63,078 nucleotides of DNA, filler included, from Octopus bimaculoides (GCF_001194135.2; 5 parts of 5 records of this genome joined end to end with filler, not necessarily neighbours in it), one strand, 5' to 3'. Positions 1 to 12,122 are shown, numbered from the whole stretch's first letter. Notes: generated from the sequence alone by a model not told the origin. Made by a program: numbers and translations.

Positions 1-138
1 CATTTCACACATCCTACGCAATACACTTTCAATACAGTAACCATAAGAGCATCACAGCAAACCACAGCACATACCCAAGGCACACAGAGCTATGCTCGGT
101 AGTGAAGTGAAAGCACGTTATAAAAATAAGACTACTGA
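1..138 (+). mobile_element. 3' end of R4/Dong-like RLE LINE (family D1), followed by (TAA)n
   Basis: Nearly identical to 3985-4119 (cacatcctacgcaa...gaagtgaaagcacgttataaaaataa.actactgaa), the end of the element encoding LLGTAHILRKTLSIQ*; abuts (TAA)n. Confidence 0.85.
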
Positions 139-194
139 ATAATAATAATAATAATAAGAAGAAGAAGAAGAAGAGTAATAATAATAATAATAAT

Positions 195-406
195 CTCTTC
201 TACCATAGGCACAAGGCCTGAAATTTTCGTGGGAGGGGCTAGTAAATTACATCAACCCCAGTGCATAACTGGTACTTATTTCCTCAACTCCAAAAGGATG
301 GAACTCAAAGTCGACTCTGACAGAATTTGAACTCAGAATATAAAGATGGACGAAGTGCTACTGAGCATTTTGCCCAGCATGCTAACAATTCTGCTGGCTC
401 ACCACT
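195..406 (-). mobile_element. tRNA-derived SINE, family A (octopus OK/OR-type), with (ATT)n tail
   Basis: Reverse complement matches the + copy at 23139 (ggcggcgagctgg..aatcgttag...ttctgagttcaaatt B-box-like); multiple copies in window. Confidence 0.8.
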
Positions 407-430
407 GTGAGCAATGATAATAATAATAAT

Positions 431-643
431 GGTTTCAAATTTTACTACAAGGGCAGCAATTTTTGGGGAAGGGCTGACTCAATTACATCGACCCCAGTGT
501 TCAACTGGTACTTATTTTATCGACCCTAAAAGGATGAAAGGCAAAGTTGACCTCGACAGAATTTGAACTCAGAATGTAGTGACAGACAAAATACCACTAA
601 GCATTTTGTCCAGTTCACTAATGATTCTGCCAGCTCGCCACCT
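431..643 (-). mobile_element. SINE family A
   Basis: Same body (aactggtacttattttatcgaccc.aaaggatgaaaggcaaagttgacctcg.cagaatttgaactcagaa) ending ctgccagctcgcca. Confidence 0.8.
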
Positions 644-679
644 CTAAACACTAATAATGATAATAACAACAACAACAAC

Positions 680-1135
680 AATTGCCCTGACTCAAAAGCA
701 GGCAGTGACACTCATGGCTTTTGATCATAACTGATTTGCTTGTCAGTTGAGCATGTCTCTTAGTGGCTGTTGATATGTACATCTCTGATCATAGGCAGGA
801 GTAGTTGGAGAGCATCAGAGCCATGTGTTGAGAGGAATTCTTTGGGGTTTTAATAATTCACCTCTAGAAACAAGGGTATTTTGTTCATCATCCTTAAACG
901 AACCTTATTCAGAGTGGAATTGGCAACTTGATCTGAAGAAAAATCTAACTGGGCCCTACCTGTAAGTTCATGTACTGTCTATCTTGATTTGAGATCACCA
1001 TGTTGTGTACAAGTGATTGTGATGCATGTGCCTGGTGTACCCTTATCAGACGGGTAGTCATGATGGGTATATTAGGCTTTATATATTTGTACCCCAGTGT
1101 CACTTCGATGACATGCAATGCTCTCTCACTAAAAA
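680..1135 (+). mobile_element. Unclassified interspersed repeat, probably a retroposon 3' end with (TAA) tail
   Basis: Higher-complexity block ending gctctctcactaaaaataataata; no recognisable ORF; single copy in window. Confidence 0.35.
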
Positions 1136-1159
1136 TAATAATAGTTATAATAATAAATG

Positions 1160-2100
1160 CCTTGATGCAGTTTCAGGTGTTCTTCAAAATTGCAGTTGTT
1201 TGATGTAAAATGCTTTTAAGTTCTGTTGAACTGCTGCTATTGTGCCTGATGTCATATCTCTGTCCATTGAATATTTTATTTAATTGTTCTGTTGTACAGC
1301 CAACATAGATCAACTTGTGTTTGCTGCATCCTGCTGCATACACCAAATGGGAATCTTTACACATCCAACCCTCTGTATGAATCATAACATTTTTGTTATG
1401 ATTTGTGATGGAATTGACTTGACTCATGTTGCTCAATGAACAGGGCTTACCTCTCTTTTGGCTGTTTTTCAAGATGCAGCATTCAGAAACTCCAATGGTA
1501 GTTTCCTTGAGGTTAGAGGTAGTGATTAATATTTCTCTTATATTTTTATTCTGTCTAAAGGTTACAATAAGTCGCTGAAGGAATATTTGTTTGAAATTAG
1601 GATATTTTTGTGCAATATGCTGGTAACTTACATATAGCATTTTTGAAATGCCAGCAAAATTTCAGTGCCAGTTAACCACTAAAGGAATTCTGTCACAAAT
1701 TTTACTTTGTTTACTAAAATTATGCATAGAAGTTTGGCTTTCCTTGCTAATTTTAGCTATTGTCATATGTGACTTCCTTTAATCATGATTCAATGTAAAC
1801 ATGTTTGACATAATGGTGTACAAAAACATTTGCATGTTTCCAGTAATCCCCTATATCACTACAAATCCATTTTATCCTTAAAAATTGGGATTTCAGATTT
1901 GATGATGTTTGGAGTGGTAGTGAAGGTAAATATGGGATGATGTGGGCTTGCTAAATAACTCTGTCACAATTCTACATCCTGAAAATTTAACCTTTGTGTC
2001 CAAAAACTCAATGCTAGTTTTTGAAAAACTAGACATAAATTTTGTATTGGATTTAAAGCCATAGTTTTTAGTGTAATAGTCACAGAAATGCAAGAAGTTA
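1160..2100 (-). mobile_element. Penelope-like element fragment (RT thumb + GIY-YIG endonuclease), decayed
   Basis: ORF 1893-2093 IEFLDTKV...ELFSKPTSSHIYLHYHSKH (PLE thumb); ORF 1173-1640 LVYAAGCSKHKLIYVGCTTEQLNKIFNGQRYDI (GIY-YIG); paralogue at 6470-7785. Confidence 0.9.
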
Positions 2101-2375
2101 ATTAAACTTTCCTATCTTTTCTTTGTTTTCTTTTCTTTTTTTTACTTTTTCTTTTTGTCTTTTATGAAAGTGAAAACTGATGATGTCATTTTATCTAAAT
2201 AGGAACATTTATATTTTGAATTTCTGCGTTTCTGCTGTTTTTTTGCATTTTACATTTTGAAACTGAAGAAGACAGACAATCTGTTGAAATATTGTTCAAA
2301 CCATTAAATAAACAACCTATTCCATACAGCATCACACTCTTCCTATTGTCTGTTTACCTTCATGAAGAGTTATGT
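2101..2375 (+). mobile_element. Inverted 3' end (pseudo-LTR) of the same PLE family with a degenerate hammerhead motif
   Basis: Matches reverse complement of 6480-6760 (gaaatatt..aacca.taaa..a.ctatt.ca.a.agcatcac.ctctt.ctattgtct); CTGAAGA 2263-2269, helix II gacaga/tctgtt, GAAA 2286-2289. Confidence 0.7.
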
Positions 2376-2389
2376 CAATCTTTATAAAT

Positions 2390-2506
<117 letters not shown>

Positions 2507-4119
2507 ACAGCTACAATATCGTTAACTGGACACTAAATGAACACAGCTACAATATCCTTAACTGGACACTAAACGAACTGTCTAAAATAGACAGGAAAAC
2601 AAGAAAAATAATGACAGAATCTAGGATGCACCACCCAAAATCTGACATAGAAAGGCTATATATACAACGTACAGAAGGTGGTAGGGGTCTTATACAGCTA
2701 GAAAACTATTATAAAATAACCACCATAGGACTGCAAAAATAGCTACTTCAGAAGCAAGGAAAACTAATACAAATAACCACAAAACACGAGCAAAACAAAA
2801 AAACTGTTTTCAGTATTTAAGGAAGCTGACAAATACAAACAAGAAATCATACTACCTAACAAAGAAGAAGAAGAAGAAGAAGANNNNNNNNNNNNNNNNN
2901 NNNNNNNNNNNNNNNNNNNNNNNNNNNNNNNNNNNNNNNNNNNNNNNNNNNNNNNNNNNNNNNNNNNNNNNNNNNNNNNNNNNNNNNNNNNNNNNNNNNN
3001 NNNNNNNNNNNNNNNNNNNNNNNNNNNNNNNNNNNNNNNNNNNNNNNNNNNNNNNNNNNNNNNNNNNNNNNNNNNNNNNNNNNNNNNNNNNNNNNNNNNN
3101 NNNNNNNNNNNNNNNNNNNNNNNNNNNNNNNNNNNNNNNNNNNNNNNNNNNNNNNNNNNNNNNNNNNNNNNNNNNNNNNNNNNNNNNNNNNNNNNNNNNN
3201 NNNNNNNNNNNNNNNNNNNNNNNNNNNNNNNNNNNNNNNNNNNNNNNNNNNNNNNNNNNNNNNNNNNNNNNNNNNNNNNNNNNNNNNNNNNNNNNNNNNN
3301 NNNNNNNNNNNNNNNNNNNNNNNNNNNNNNNNNNNNNNNNNNNNNNNNNNNNNNNNNNNNNNNNNNNNNNNNNNNNNNNNNNNNNNNNNNNNNNNNNNNN
3401 NNNNNNNNNNNNNNNNNNNNNNNNNNNNNNNNNNNNNNNNNNNNNNNNNNNNNNNNNNNNNNNNNNNNNNNNNNNNNNNNNNNNNNNNNNNNNNNNNNNN
3501 NNNNNNNNNNNNNNNNNNNNNNNNNNNNNNNNNNNNNNNNNNNNNNNNNNNNNNNNNNNNNNNNNNNNNNNNNNNNNNNNNNNNNNNNNNNNNNNNNNNN
3601 NNNNNNNNNNNNNNNNNNNNNNNNNNNNNNNNNNNNNNNNNNNNNNNNNNNNNNNNNNNNNNNNNNNNNNNNNNNNNNNNNNNNNNNNNNNNNNNNNNNN
3701 NNNNNNNNNNNNNNNNNNNNNNNNNNNNNNNNNNNNNNNNNNNNNNNNNNNNNNNNNNNNNNNNNNNNNNNNNNNNNNNNNNNNNNNNNNNNNNNNNNGG
3801 AGAAACTTTCAAAATACAAAGACCTGGAAATAGAGATAACTTGAATGTGGAATCTAAAAACAGAAACAATTCCTATCATAGTAGGCACCTTAGGTATAAT
3901 AAAAAAATATTCAAACAAATACATAACAAAATCACCAGGACTTACAAATATAAATAACATACAGAAAATTGCACTACTGGGCACTGCACACATCCTACGC
4001 AAAACACTTTCAATACAGTAACCATAAGAGCATCACAGCAAACCACAGCACATACCCAAGGCACACAGAGCTGCACTCGGTAGTGAAGTGAAAGCACGTT
4101 ATAAAAATAAAACTACTGA
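2507..4119 (+). mobile_element. 5'-truncated R4/Dong-like RLE LINE (family D1), spanning gap 2884-3818
   Basis: SYNILNWTLNELSKIDRKTRKIMTESRMHHPKSDIERLYIQRTEGGRGLIQLE; after the gap EKLSKYKDLEIEIT..WNLKTETIPIIVGTLG...IQKIALLGTAHILRKTLSIQ*; (TAA)n on both sides. Confidence 0.9.
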
Positions 4120-4136
4120 ATAATAATAATAATAAT

Positions 4137-4350
4137 AGTCCTTTCTAATAAAGGCACATGGCCTGACATTTTTGGGGAGGGGACAAGTCAATTACATTGA
4201 CCCCAGTGTTCCACTGGTACGTAATTTATTGACCCTGAAAGAATGAAAGGCAAAGTCGGCCACAGCAGAATTTGAACTCAACATAGCAATGAGCAAAACA
4301 CCGCTAAGCATTTCATCCAAAGCGCTAATGATTCTGCCAACTTACCACCT
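4137..4350 (-). mobile_element. SINE family A
   Basis: Homologous to 195-406 and 431-643. Confidence 0.8.
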
Positions 4351-4369
4351 AAATTATAATAATAATAAT

Positions 4370-5567
4370 CAAGGAACCTGGTGACTGGTATCAACATATG
4401 GGCTGTTGCTGTAGTCTGATATAGTGCACCCATCCTGAAATGGACATGAATGGGGATTTACCAACTTGATCACAACTACCTGAAATATAATGGCAATGCA
4501 TGGTGTCCTCCACCCTGAGGCAAATGTACACAAGCTTTACATGAATAAGTGTAAAGGTGGACGTGAGTTGATTAGCATACAAGAGTGCATCAACAGTGAA
4601 AGAAGAAACATAGCAGAATATCTGGTAAATAGCAAACAATATCTGCTACTGTATGTTACTAATGCAGAAGGATTTACCAACAATGGAGTTGAGAGTGCTA
4701 ATGAATTTCAGTCACAGGTAACCAACAAGAGAGAAGAAATTCTACTCTGCATGGAATTACATGGTAAGTTTCACCAGGAAAATAAACAAATTAAAAGACC
4801 AGGAAGCATCATGGAGGTGGCTCAATCAAGGGTGACCTAAAACAAAGACTAATCATTACTGCCCAGGATCAGGCATTGAACAGCAACTCAGTGAAAAGAG
4901 ATATATACCACACAAGTGCAATGAACCTCTGCAGAATGTGTGGGAAGAGGGTCAAAAGCATGACTCACATTGCTAGTGCTTGTGAAAGTCTTGTGCAGTA
5001 AGAGTACTATATTCACTGGCTATTATGCTGGGAGTATGGGTATAAGCTTATGGGTACTTGGTACCAACATACACCAATAAAGGTAATGAAAGAAAAGGAG
5101 AAGGCAAAAATCGTCTGGAACTTTGACTTCTAGACAGACAAGGTGTTAGAGCACCAAAAGCTGGATATAGTAACCTTTAGGAGAGACAAACAAGAGTGCC
5201 TAATAATCAATATGGCAGTACCAAATCAACATATTATCATGAAAAAAAGAGAAAATATTGATAAATATGGAGACCTGAGAATTGAGATCGCTAAGATGTG
5301 GCAGCTATGAGAGTTAAACAATGGTTGTCTGTTGTCAATGGAGCATTGGGTTCAATACCACCCAAATTAAAGAAACATCTGGAAACTTTAGAAATACCCT
5401 ACAATCTAGGTGTATTGTAAAAATCTGCATTACTTGGAACTGCATGCATATTGCATAAAATATTGTCTGCCTGAAGTCCTTGTTGAGACCTGACAAACAG
5501 TGCAAACCATTTGATACAATATCATCAACCAACAACATTATGATATTAGATACTGTGCAATGTCTTA
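4370..5567 (+). mobile_element. 5'-truncated R4/Dong-like RLE LINE (family D2), decayed
   Basis: MHGVLHPEANVHKLYMNKCKGGRELISI; later CRMCGK zinc knuckle, KIVWNFDF*TDKVLEHQKLDIV, EKY..LRIEIAKMW, GALGSIPP, LLGTACILHKILSA*; long (TAA)n at 5568-5695. Confidence 0.85.
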
Positions 5568-5583
5568 AATAATAATAATATAT

Positions 5584-5647
<64 letters not shown>

Positions 5648-5695
5648 TAATAATAATAATGATAATAATAATAATAATCATAATAATAACAATAA
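5568..5695 (+). repeat. (TAA)n microsatellite
   Basis: Direct reading. Confidence 0.95.
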
Positions 5696-6235
5696 CTAGC
5701 AGGACCTGTGAATATTTCAAAGAATTACTGGTAAATTTATTGAGTTATTTCTGAAAATTTTATTCCCAAATCCTGAAAGCGTAGCCTGTGTTGTGTCTAT
5801 CAAAAGACAGTCACTCATCTACTAATCATTGAAAAGTGAAGGAAATTGGAACATGATGATTACTTAATGCACTTTATATACTTTATGCACAATTTTATAG
5901 ACTTAATAGTTGCCACTCTCCCTTTTTCTCTCTCACTCTTTGCCTTACCCCCTTTTTTCCTTTTCCTTTCGCTCTTCACCTTTCCCTTCAACTAATCATG
6001 TGACAGTGTTATTGACAGGCTAAGTAATGGAGAAAACAACTTAGTTAAAGAAAATTACACATTTCACTCACCACCACTTCTCCTCCCTCCTCTACATCCC
6101 TCCCCTAAACCCCTCTCCTACACCACTTCCCTACACCCCTACGTCCCCCCCCCACTAATCATGTGGAAACATCATAGATGGGCTAAGTAACGGAGGAACA
6201 AGCAGAATTATTATAAGATAGTAATAATCATAATA

Positions 6236-6450
6236 ATTCTTTCTACTATAGGCACAAGGCTTGAAATTTGTGGCAAGGGGACTAGTTGATTACATCAACT
6301 CCATTATTTTGCTGATACTTAATTTATCGACTCCAAAAGGATGAAATGCAAAGTTGACTTCAGCAGAATTTGAGCTCAAAACATAGAGACAAACGAAATA
6401 CTACGCAGCATTTTGCCCGGTGTGGTAACAATTCTGCCAGCTCACTGCTT
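6236..6450 (-). mobile_element. SINE family A
   Basis: ttctactataggcacaaggc...aaaggatgaaatgcaaagttgac...ttctgccagctcac. Confidence 0.8.
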
Positions 6451-6469
6451 TAATAACAATAATAACGGT

Positions 6470-7785
6470 AATAATGATAGACAATAAGAAGAGCGTGATG
6501 CTATTGCAATAGATATTTTATTGGTTGAATATTTCGAAAGCCAGCCTGTCTTTGTTGTGTTCAAAATGAAAGTGATGCATAGAAATTTAAAATTATAGGA
6601 ATTCAAATCCAAAATTTGAATGAGGCAACCAGCATTCCCACATTGATGGAATGACGTCATTAGTCTTCTCTTTTCAAGTTTTCAACTGGCAAAAAGAAAA
6701 AGAAAGATAGAGAAAAAAGAAAAGAAAAAGAACAGGAAAAAGAAGAATATTTAATCAAACAGTTTTGTGTAAATATGATGAAATTCTCCTGTCATTTTAT
6801 TCATCCTCCAGGGTGTCATGTTAGTAACACACAAACATATTTCTCCTCATGCATTTTGAAGACTGAAAGTGTAGCAGATTCAGAATATTTTCTGAGAATA
6901 TGCATTTTCAAGTCTTTTTCAAAATTGCAGCTGTTTAAGGTAAAATATTCGGCAAGTTCTGTCAAACTACTGTTATTGTGCCTGATGTCATATCTGTGCC
7001 CATTGAATCTTTTGTTTAATTGTTCTGTTGTACAACCAACATAAATCAACTTGTGTTTGATGCATTCTGCTGCGTACACCAAATGGGAATCTCTACACAT
7101 CCCACTTTCCGTGTAAATAATAGAATTTCTGTTATGATTCCTGATGGTTTCGACTTGACACATGTTGTTGCACAATGAACAGGGTTTACATTTCTTGCAG
7201 CTGTTTTTCAAAGTACAGCAAGCAAAAACTCCAATGTTAGTTTTCTTTGAGTTAGTAGTAGTGATTAATAGTTCTCTTATATTTTTATTCTGTCTAAAAG
7301 CTACAATAGGTGGCTGAGGAAATATATGTTTGAAACGATGATATTTTTCCACAACATGCTGGTAACTTTCATGCAACACTTTTGAAATGTCAGGAAAATT
7401 TTGGTGTCAGTTAATCACTAAAGGAATTCTGTCATATTGCATTGTGTTTGCTAAAGTTATGCATAGAAGTTTGACTTTCCTTGCTAATCTTAGCTATGTA
7501 ATTTGCAATTTATTTTAATCATAGTTCACTGTAACTGCATTTGACATAATGGTGTACAAAAGCATTTGCATGCTTCCACTAATCCACAATATCAGTACAA
7601 ATCCATTTTATCTTAAAAAATTGGGATTTCAGATTTGACTGAATTATATGATGTGGATGATCGGAGTGGTGATGGAGTTAAATGTGGGATGACGTGGGCT
7701 TGCAAAATAACTCTTCTGCCTTCAGAAAACTTCACTTTTGTGTCCAAAAATTCTATGCTAATTTTTGAAAAGAAAAGAACAGCAT
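6470..7785 (-). mobile_element. Penelope-like element fragment with GIY-YIG domain and 3' UTR
   Basis: ORF 6816-7379: PPIVAFRQNKNIRELL, CKKCKPCSLC, LVYAAECIKHKLIYVGCTTEQLNKRFNGHRYDI; collinear with 1160-2100. Confidence 0.9.
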
Positions 7786-7789
7786 AGCT

Positions 7790-8657
7790 TGGTACATAAA
7801 GAAAGCTACTGAACCATTGCTACTGGAAATGAAAAGGTCAAAATTGAATGAAAATTGAAGATTGCAAAAAAGAAAAAAAGTGTGAATGCAAGGAGGAGAA
7901 ACAAACTGAAACCAAAAGAAGATGGAAAGAAAAGATGTATGAGCAATTTTACAGGGACACAGAAGCCAAAAAACGATTTGGAGAAGAGGTGGTTATGGAT
8001 ACAGAAAAGTGATCTTAAACCAGAAACAGAAGGTCTAATTTGTGCAGCCCAGGAGCAGGCCCGCCAAAACAAGTTATGTTAAGCAAAAGATTGACAACTC
8101 AGGTGCAACAGAAAAATGTAGAATGCATGTAGAAAAGGGAGAAACTGTAATATCATTAGCCAGTGCACAAAGCTGACACAAAAATAAAACAAGCAGTGCC
8201 ATGACAGCAAAGATTGTTCATTGAGAGTAATGCAGACAATACAGTATTGAAAGAACAAGCCAGTGGTATGAACATAAACCAGAAGACATTGTAGAAAATG
8301 ACTATACCAAGGTTTTATTGGATGTTATGGAACAATAAGACTATAAAATAGAACATTGCAAACCATATATCATGGTGATTAACAAAGTCAACAAACAGTG
8401 TTTGATTCTAAATGTAGCTTTTCTAGCTGACATTAAGGTTTGTGACAAAGAATTGATGAAAATTGAAAAATATGAACTACTAGCATGAGAGATAAAACAT
8501 TTGTAGGCAATGAATAAGGTCAAGGCAGTTCCAGTTGTTGTTGGGGCACTTGGAACTGTGAGTACCAGCATTGTAAACTATTTTTAAAAAGAAAGTCAGA
8601 GACATCATCAGCATGGGGCACTTACATAAAACAGAACTCCTTGGAACTGCTAGAATA
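7790..8657 (+). mobile_element. R4/Dong-like RLE LINE fragment (family D3), 3' end cut by a mariner
   Basis: WLWIQKSDLKPETEGLICAAQEQA; later PEDIVENDYTKVLLD, KPYIMVINK, VPVVVGALGTV, LLGTAR. Confidence 0.8.
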
Positions 8658-8790
8658 TCAGGTCAACCCATAAGTTCTGTTCGAATTTTGAATAAAGAAA
8701 ACAAGTGATCAAATGTAATATTTTATTGAAATTTAATCATCAACATATACATTAAAATTAATGTATATCGGGAAATATACCATAATCTAC
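8658..8790 (-). mobile_element. Mariner terminal fragment (TIR plus probable 3' flank) at a TA
   Basis: TA|tcaggtcaacccataagttctgttcga matches the TIR TA|tcaggtcaccccataagttctgtccga at 55985. Confidence 0.7.
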
Positions 8791-8799
8791 CATGTGCAC

Positions 8800-8869
8800 A
8801 AGTTTCATTAACATTGAGATAGCATAATCCCAAAACATTGGGGTGGCTTAATACTTTTGGCCAAGGCTG
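8800..8869. mobile_element. Tc1-like TIR end
   Basis: Reverse complement reads TA|cagccttggccaaaagtatt, resembling the CAGTNNNGCNAAAAGTATT-type Tc1 terminus. Confidence 0.45.
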
Positions 8870-9001
8870 TATATACACACATGAATACATATACACACAC
8901 ACAGAGATATATACATGCATGTATGCATGTGTAAATGCATACATGCTGACAGATACACCCACAGACACACACACACACACATACACATACACACACATAT
9001 A

Positions 9002-9675
9002 TACGGGGAAGTCAAAAATTATCCACACTTTCACCATAACATATCTTTATTATTGTCACACTACCCTCTGCACAAGCGTGCTTATAGTTGGTACTATTGT
9101 GGTCACGTGATTGAAGTTTGAGCCTGATGGCACCATTTTTCTTTCTGACTTTACAGTGTAAGCATGGCTGCTCCACTAGCAACGTGCACCAAAGAAAAAC
9201 AAAGAGCAGTGGTCTGACTTCTCTGGTCAAAAGGTGTATCAGGTGCTGAAATTCATTGGAAGTTTTTAGCACAATTGGTTAATGGTTTCAGCAGTCTGGG
9301 CGGCACGTGTGTGGGCGTGCATTTTCATGCAACAACAAAACTTTCTTCAACAATAAATAGGCTTCGGTGTTTGATGCAAATTGCTGGCTTCAGTATCTTG
9401 CACTGTTGATCGTACACTTCTTTTCCAGCACCTGGCACACCTTTCGACCAGAGAAATTGGATTATTGTTCATTGTCCTTCTTTGGTGCACATTACCAGTG
9501 GAGCAGCCATACTTACACTGTAAAGCCAAAAAGAAAAATGGCATGATCAGGCTCAAACTTTGATTACGTGAACACAATAGTGCCAACTATAAGCACACAT
9601 GTGCAGAAAGTAGTGTGACAATATTAAAGATATGTTATGGTGTAAGAGTGCACAAATTTTTACTTTTTGCGGATT
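9002..9675. mobile_element. Mariner-derived fold-back element (two inverted 5' ends around a catalytic-domain remnant)
   Basis: 9004-9250 and 9426-9672 are inverted copies; each encodes a transposase N-terminus (ATG 9164: MAAPLATCTKEKQRAVV*LLWSKGVSGAEIH); spacer on - strand gives TINSA, LKPAI and LLLHENARPH. Confidence 0.8.
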
Positions 9676-10359
9676 TGTATGTAGGTGCATATCTCCCTAA
9701 CATATTTATAGTTCAGAGTTATAATTTCTTCTCAGAATATTTATTTCAATATTTTAGCAAAACATATTTTTTCCTAGAATTTTATTTCAATAAATCCAAT
9801 GGTGTGTACAATTCTTGCCTAAAAATTTTTTTCCTACTATTTTTAGTATTCTTTCAGCATAGTATTTTTTGCAAATTATTTTTTCACATTCTTATCTTTG
9901 TGTTGCAGTTCACTTTCGTCCCCCACCACCCCATAGAATATTATTTGAATAATCCAACAGTGTGTAGGATTTTTTTCTGATTCTTTCCCCTGAATACTTA
10001 TTTTTTCATATTTATTTACTTGTATGTATGTACACAAAAGACTCCCTGACCACCCCGTCAGTCTCCCACTAATCATATTTATCCTTGCAAATTCTAAAAC
10101 ATTGATGCCTATCCATTCTACCAACCAATCATATCTTAGTACCCTATTATATGTTTTGGTTTCATTGTTCTGAAATGACAAGGTTTTAAAGATTAGAAAC
10201 CAAAGAATCAGAGCAACATTTGTGAATATTTCAGCTTGGCTTTTTGTATTTTTGGCCTTATTCACAATTTTTGTCTGTATGTATAGAGGTGAGTGGGTGT
10301 ATGTGTGCATATATGTATATATATATGCAATATGCGTATAAGATCATTTTTCATAATTT

Positions 10360-10975
10360 CTTTACATTTGCTCTCCATGCTGGTATGGGCTGGATGCTTT
10401 GAGAGGATCAGGTGAGTCAGAAGAATATGTGTTTTAACATGGTTTCTATGGATGGATGCCTTGTCTAAGGCCAACCACTTTACTGAGTGTACTGGGTGTA
10501 TTTTTGTGGTACTCTATAACTGAAAGAACGTTGGAGAGAGAGAGAGAGAGAGAGACAGTAATAAAATGAGTGTGGCAGTTTTATTGGTTCTGAAAGGATG
10601 AATGGCAAAGGGAATTGCAGTGGCATTTGAATTCCAAATGTAAAGTCAGAAGATATGGCGTTAAACATTTTTACCTTGTGTGGTAACAATTATGCCAGCT
10701 TGCCATATATATCATCCTCATCCTCATCAGTTAATGTCCGTTGTCCATACTGGCATGGGCTGGAGGGTTTAATCAGAGTTGGTAAGCTGAGGGGCTACAC
10801 CAAATTTCCAGTCTGATTTGACATGGTTTCTATGGCTGGATGCCCTTCCTATCACCAACCACTGAGAGTGTAATAAGTGCTTTTATGTGCCACTGGCATT
10901 GGTGCCAGTTGCATGACACCAGTATCTGCCACAACTATGATTTTGCTTGGCTTCATGGGTCTTCTTCTCAAGAGG
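10360..10975 (-). mobile_element. Two RTE-type LINE 3' UTR fragments (approx. 10360-10520 and 10712-10975)
   Basis: Share ccatgctggcatggg.tgg and ggtttcta.ggctggatgcccttcct.a..ccaaccact with 11003-11430; (GAT)n tail in sense orientation. Confidence 0.7.
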
Positions 10976-11002
10976 TCTTCTATATATATATATATATATA
11001 CA

Positions 11003-11938
11003 TATCATCATCATCATTATCATTGTTTAACGTCCGCTTTCCATGCTAGCATGGGTTGGACGATTTGACTGAGGACTGGCAAGCCAGAAGGCTGCACCAG
11101 GCTCCAATCTGATCTGGCAGTGTTTCTACAGCTGGATGCCCTTCCTAATGCCAACCACTCCAAGAGTGTAGTGGGTGCTTTTACGTGCCACCGGCACGAA
11201 GGCCAGTCACATGGTACTGGCAAAGGCCATGCTCAAAAAGGTGTTTTTTACGTGCCACCTGCATGGGAGCCAGTCCAGCGGCACTGGCAATGACCTCGCT
11301 CGAATGATTTTCTAACGTGCCACCAGCACAAGTGCTAGAAGGCAATGCTGGTAACGATTACGCTCAAATGGTGCTATTTACGGGCCACTAACACGGAAGC
11401 CAGACAGCTGCTCTGGCAATGAACACGNNNNNNNNNNNNNNNNNNNNNNNNNNNNNNNNNNNNNNNNNNNNNNNNNNNNNNNNNNNNNNNNNNNNNNNNN
11501 NNNNNNNNNNNNNNNNNNNNNNNNNNNNNNNNNNNNNNNNNNNNNNNNNNNGTATGGATCAATTACGATTTCGATTTCACTTGCCTCAACAGGCTTTCGC
11601 AAGTAGAGTTTAGTGTCCAATGAAGGAGAGGTTGGCATAGGTGCCAGTCGTCGGATTCGGTTCAATTTCGATTTCAGATTTCAAATTTCAAATTTCAAAT
11701 TCACTTGCCTCAACAGGTCTTTGCAAGCAGAGCTTTTAGTGTCCAGTGAAGTAAAGATACGAATAAGTGAGCTGGCTACACTTCTGGCTGAGGTCACAGA
11801 TTACGCTCTCACTTGCGTTGCCAGGTCTTCTCATGTACTGCATATTTCCAAAGGTCCCGGTCACTGGTCATTGCCTCGGTGAGGCCTAAAGTTTAAAGGT
11901 CGTGCTTCACCACCTCATCCCAGGAAGACCTGGGATGA
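11003..11938 (-). mobile_element. 5'-truncated RTE LINE: ORF C-terminus plus 3' UTR and (GAT)n tail
   Basis: Reverse complement of 11820-11930 matches 14460-14580 (WDEVVKHDL.TLGLTEAM...DLWKYAV); tail at 11003-11025. Confidence 0.8.
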
Positions 11939-11981
11939 TATATATATATATACACATGTATATATATGTGTATATATATAT

Positions 11982-12122
11982 CATCATCATCATCATCATC
12001 ATCGTTTAACGTCCGCTTTTCATGCTAGCATGGGTTGGACGACTTGACTGAGGACTGGTGAAACCGGATGGCAACACCAGGCTCCAATCTAAATTTGGCA
12101 GAGTTTCTACAGCTGGATGCCC
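11982..12122 (-). mobile_element. RTE 3' end, truncated by gap
   Basis: (TCA)n then gtttaacgtccgcttttcatgctagcatgggttggacg, as at 11020. Confidence 0.8.

Noticed and set aside
11044-11090. CTGAGGA-ctggc/gccag hairpin in the antisense RTE 3' UTR (also near 12047)
   Set aside because: No GAAA core after the stem; antisense to the element.
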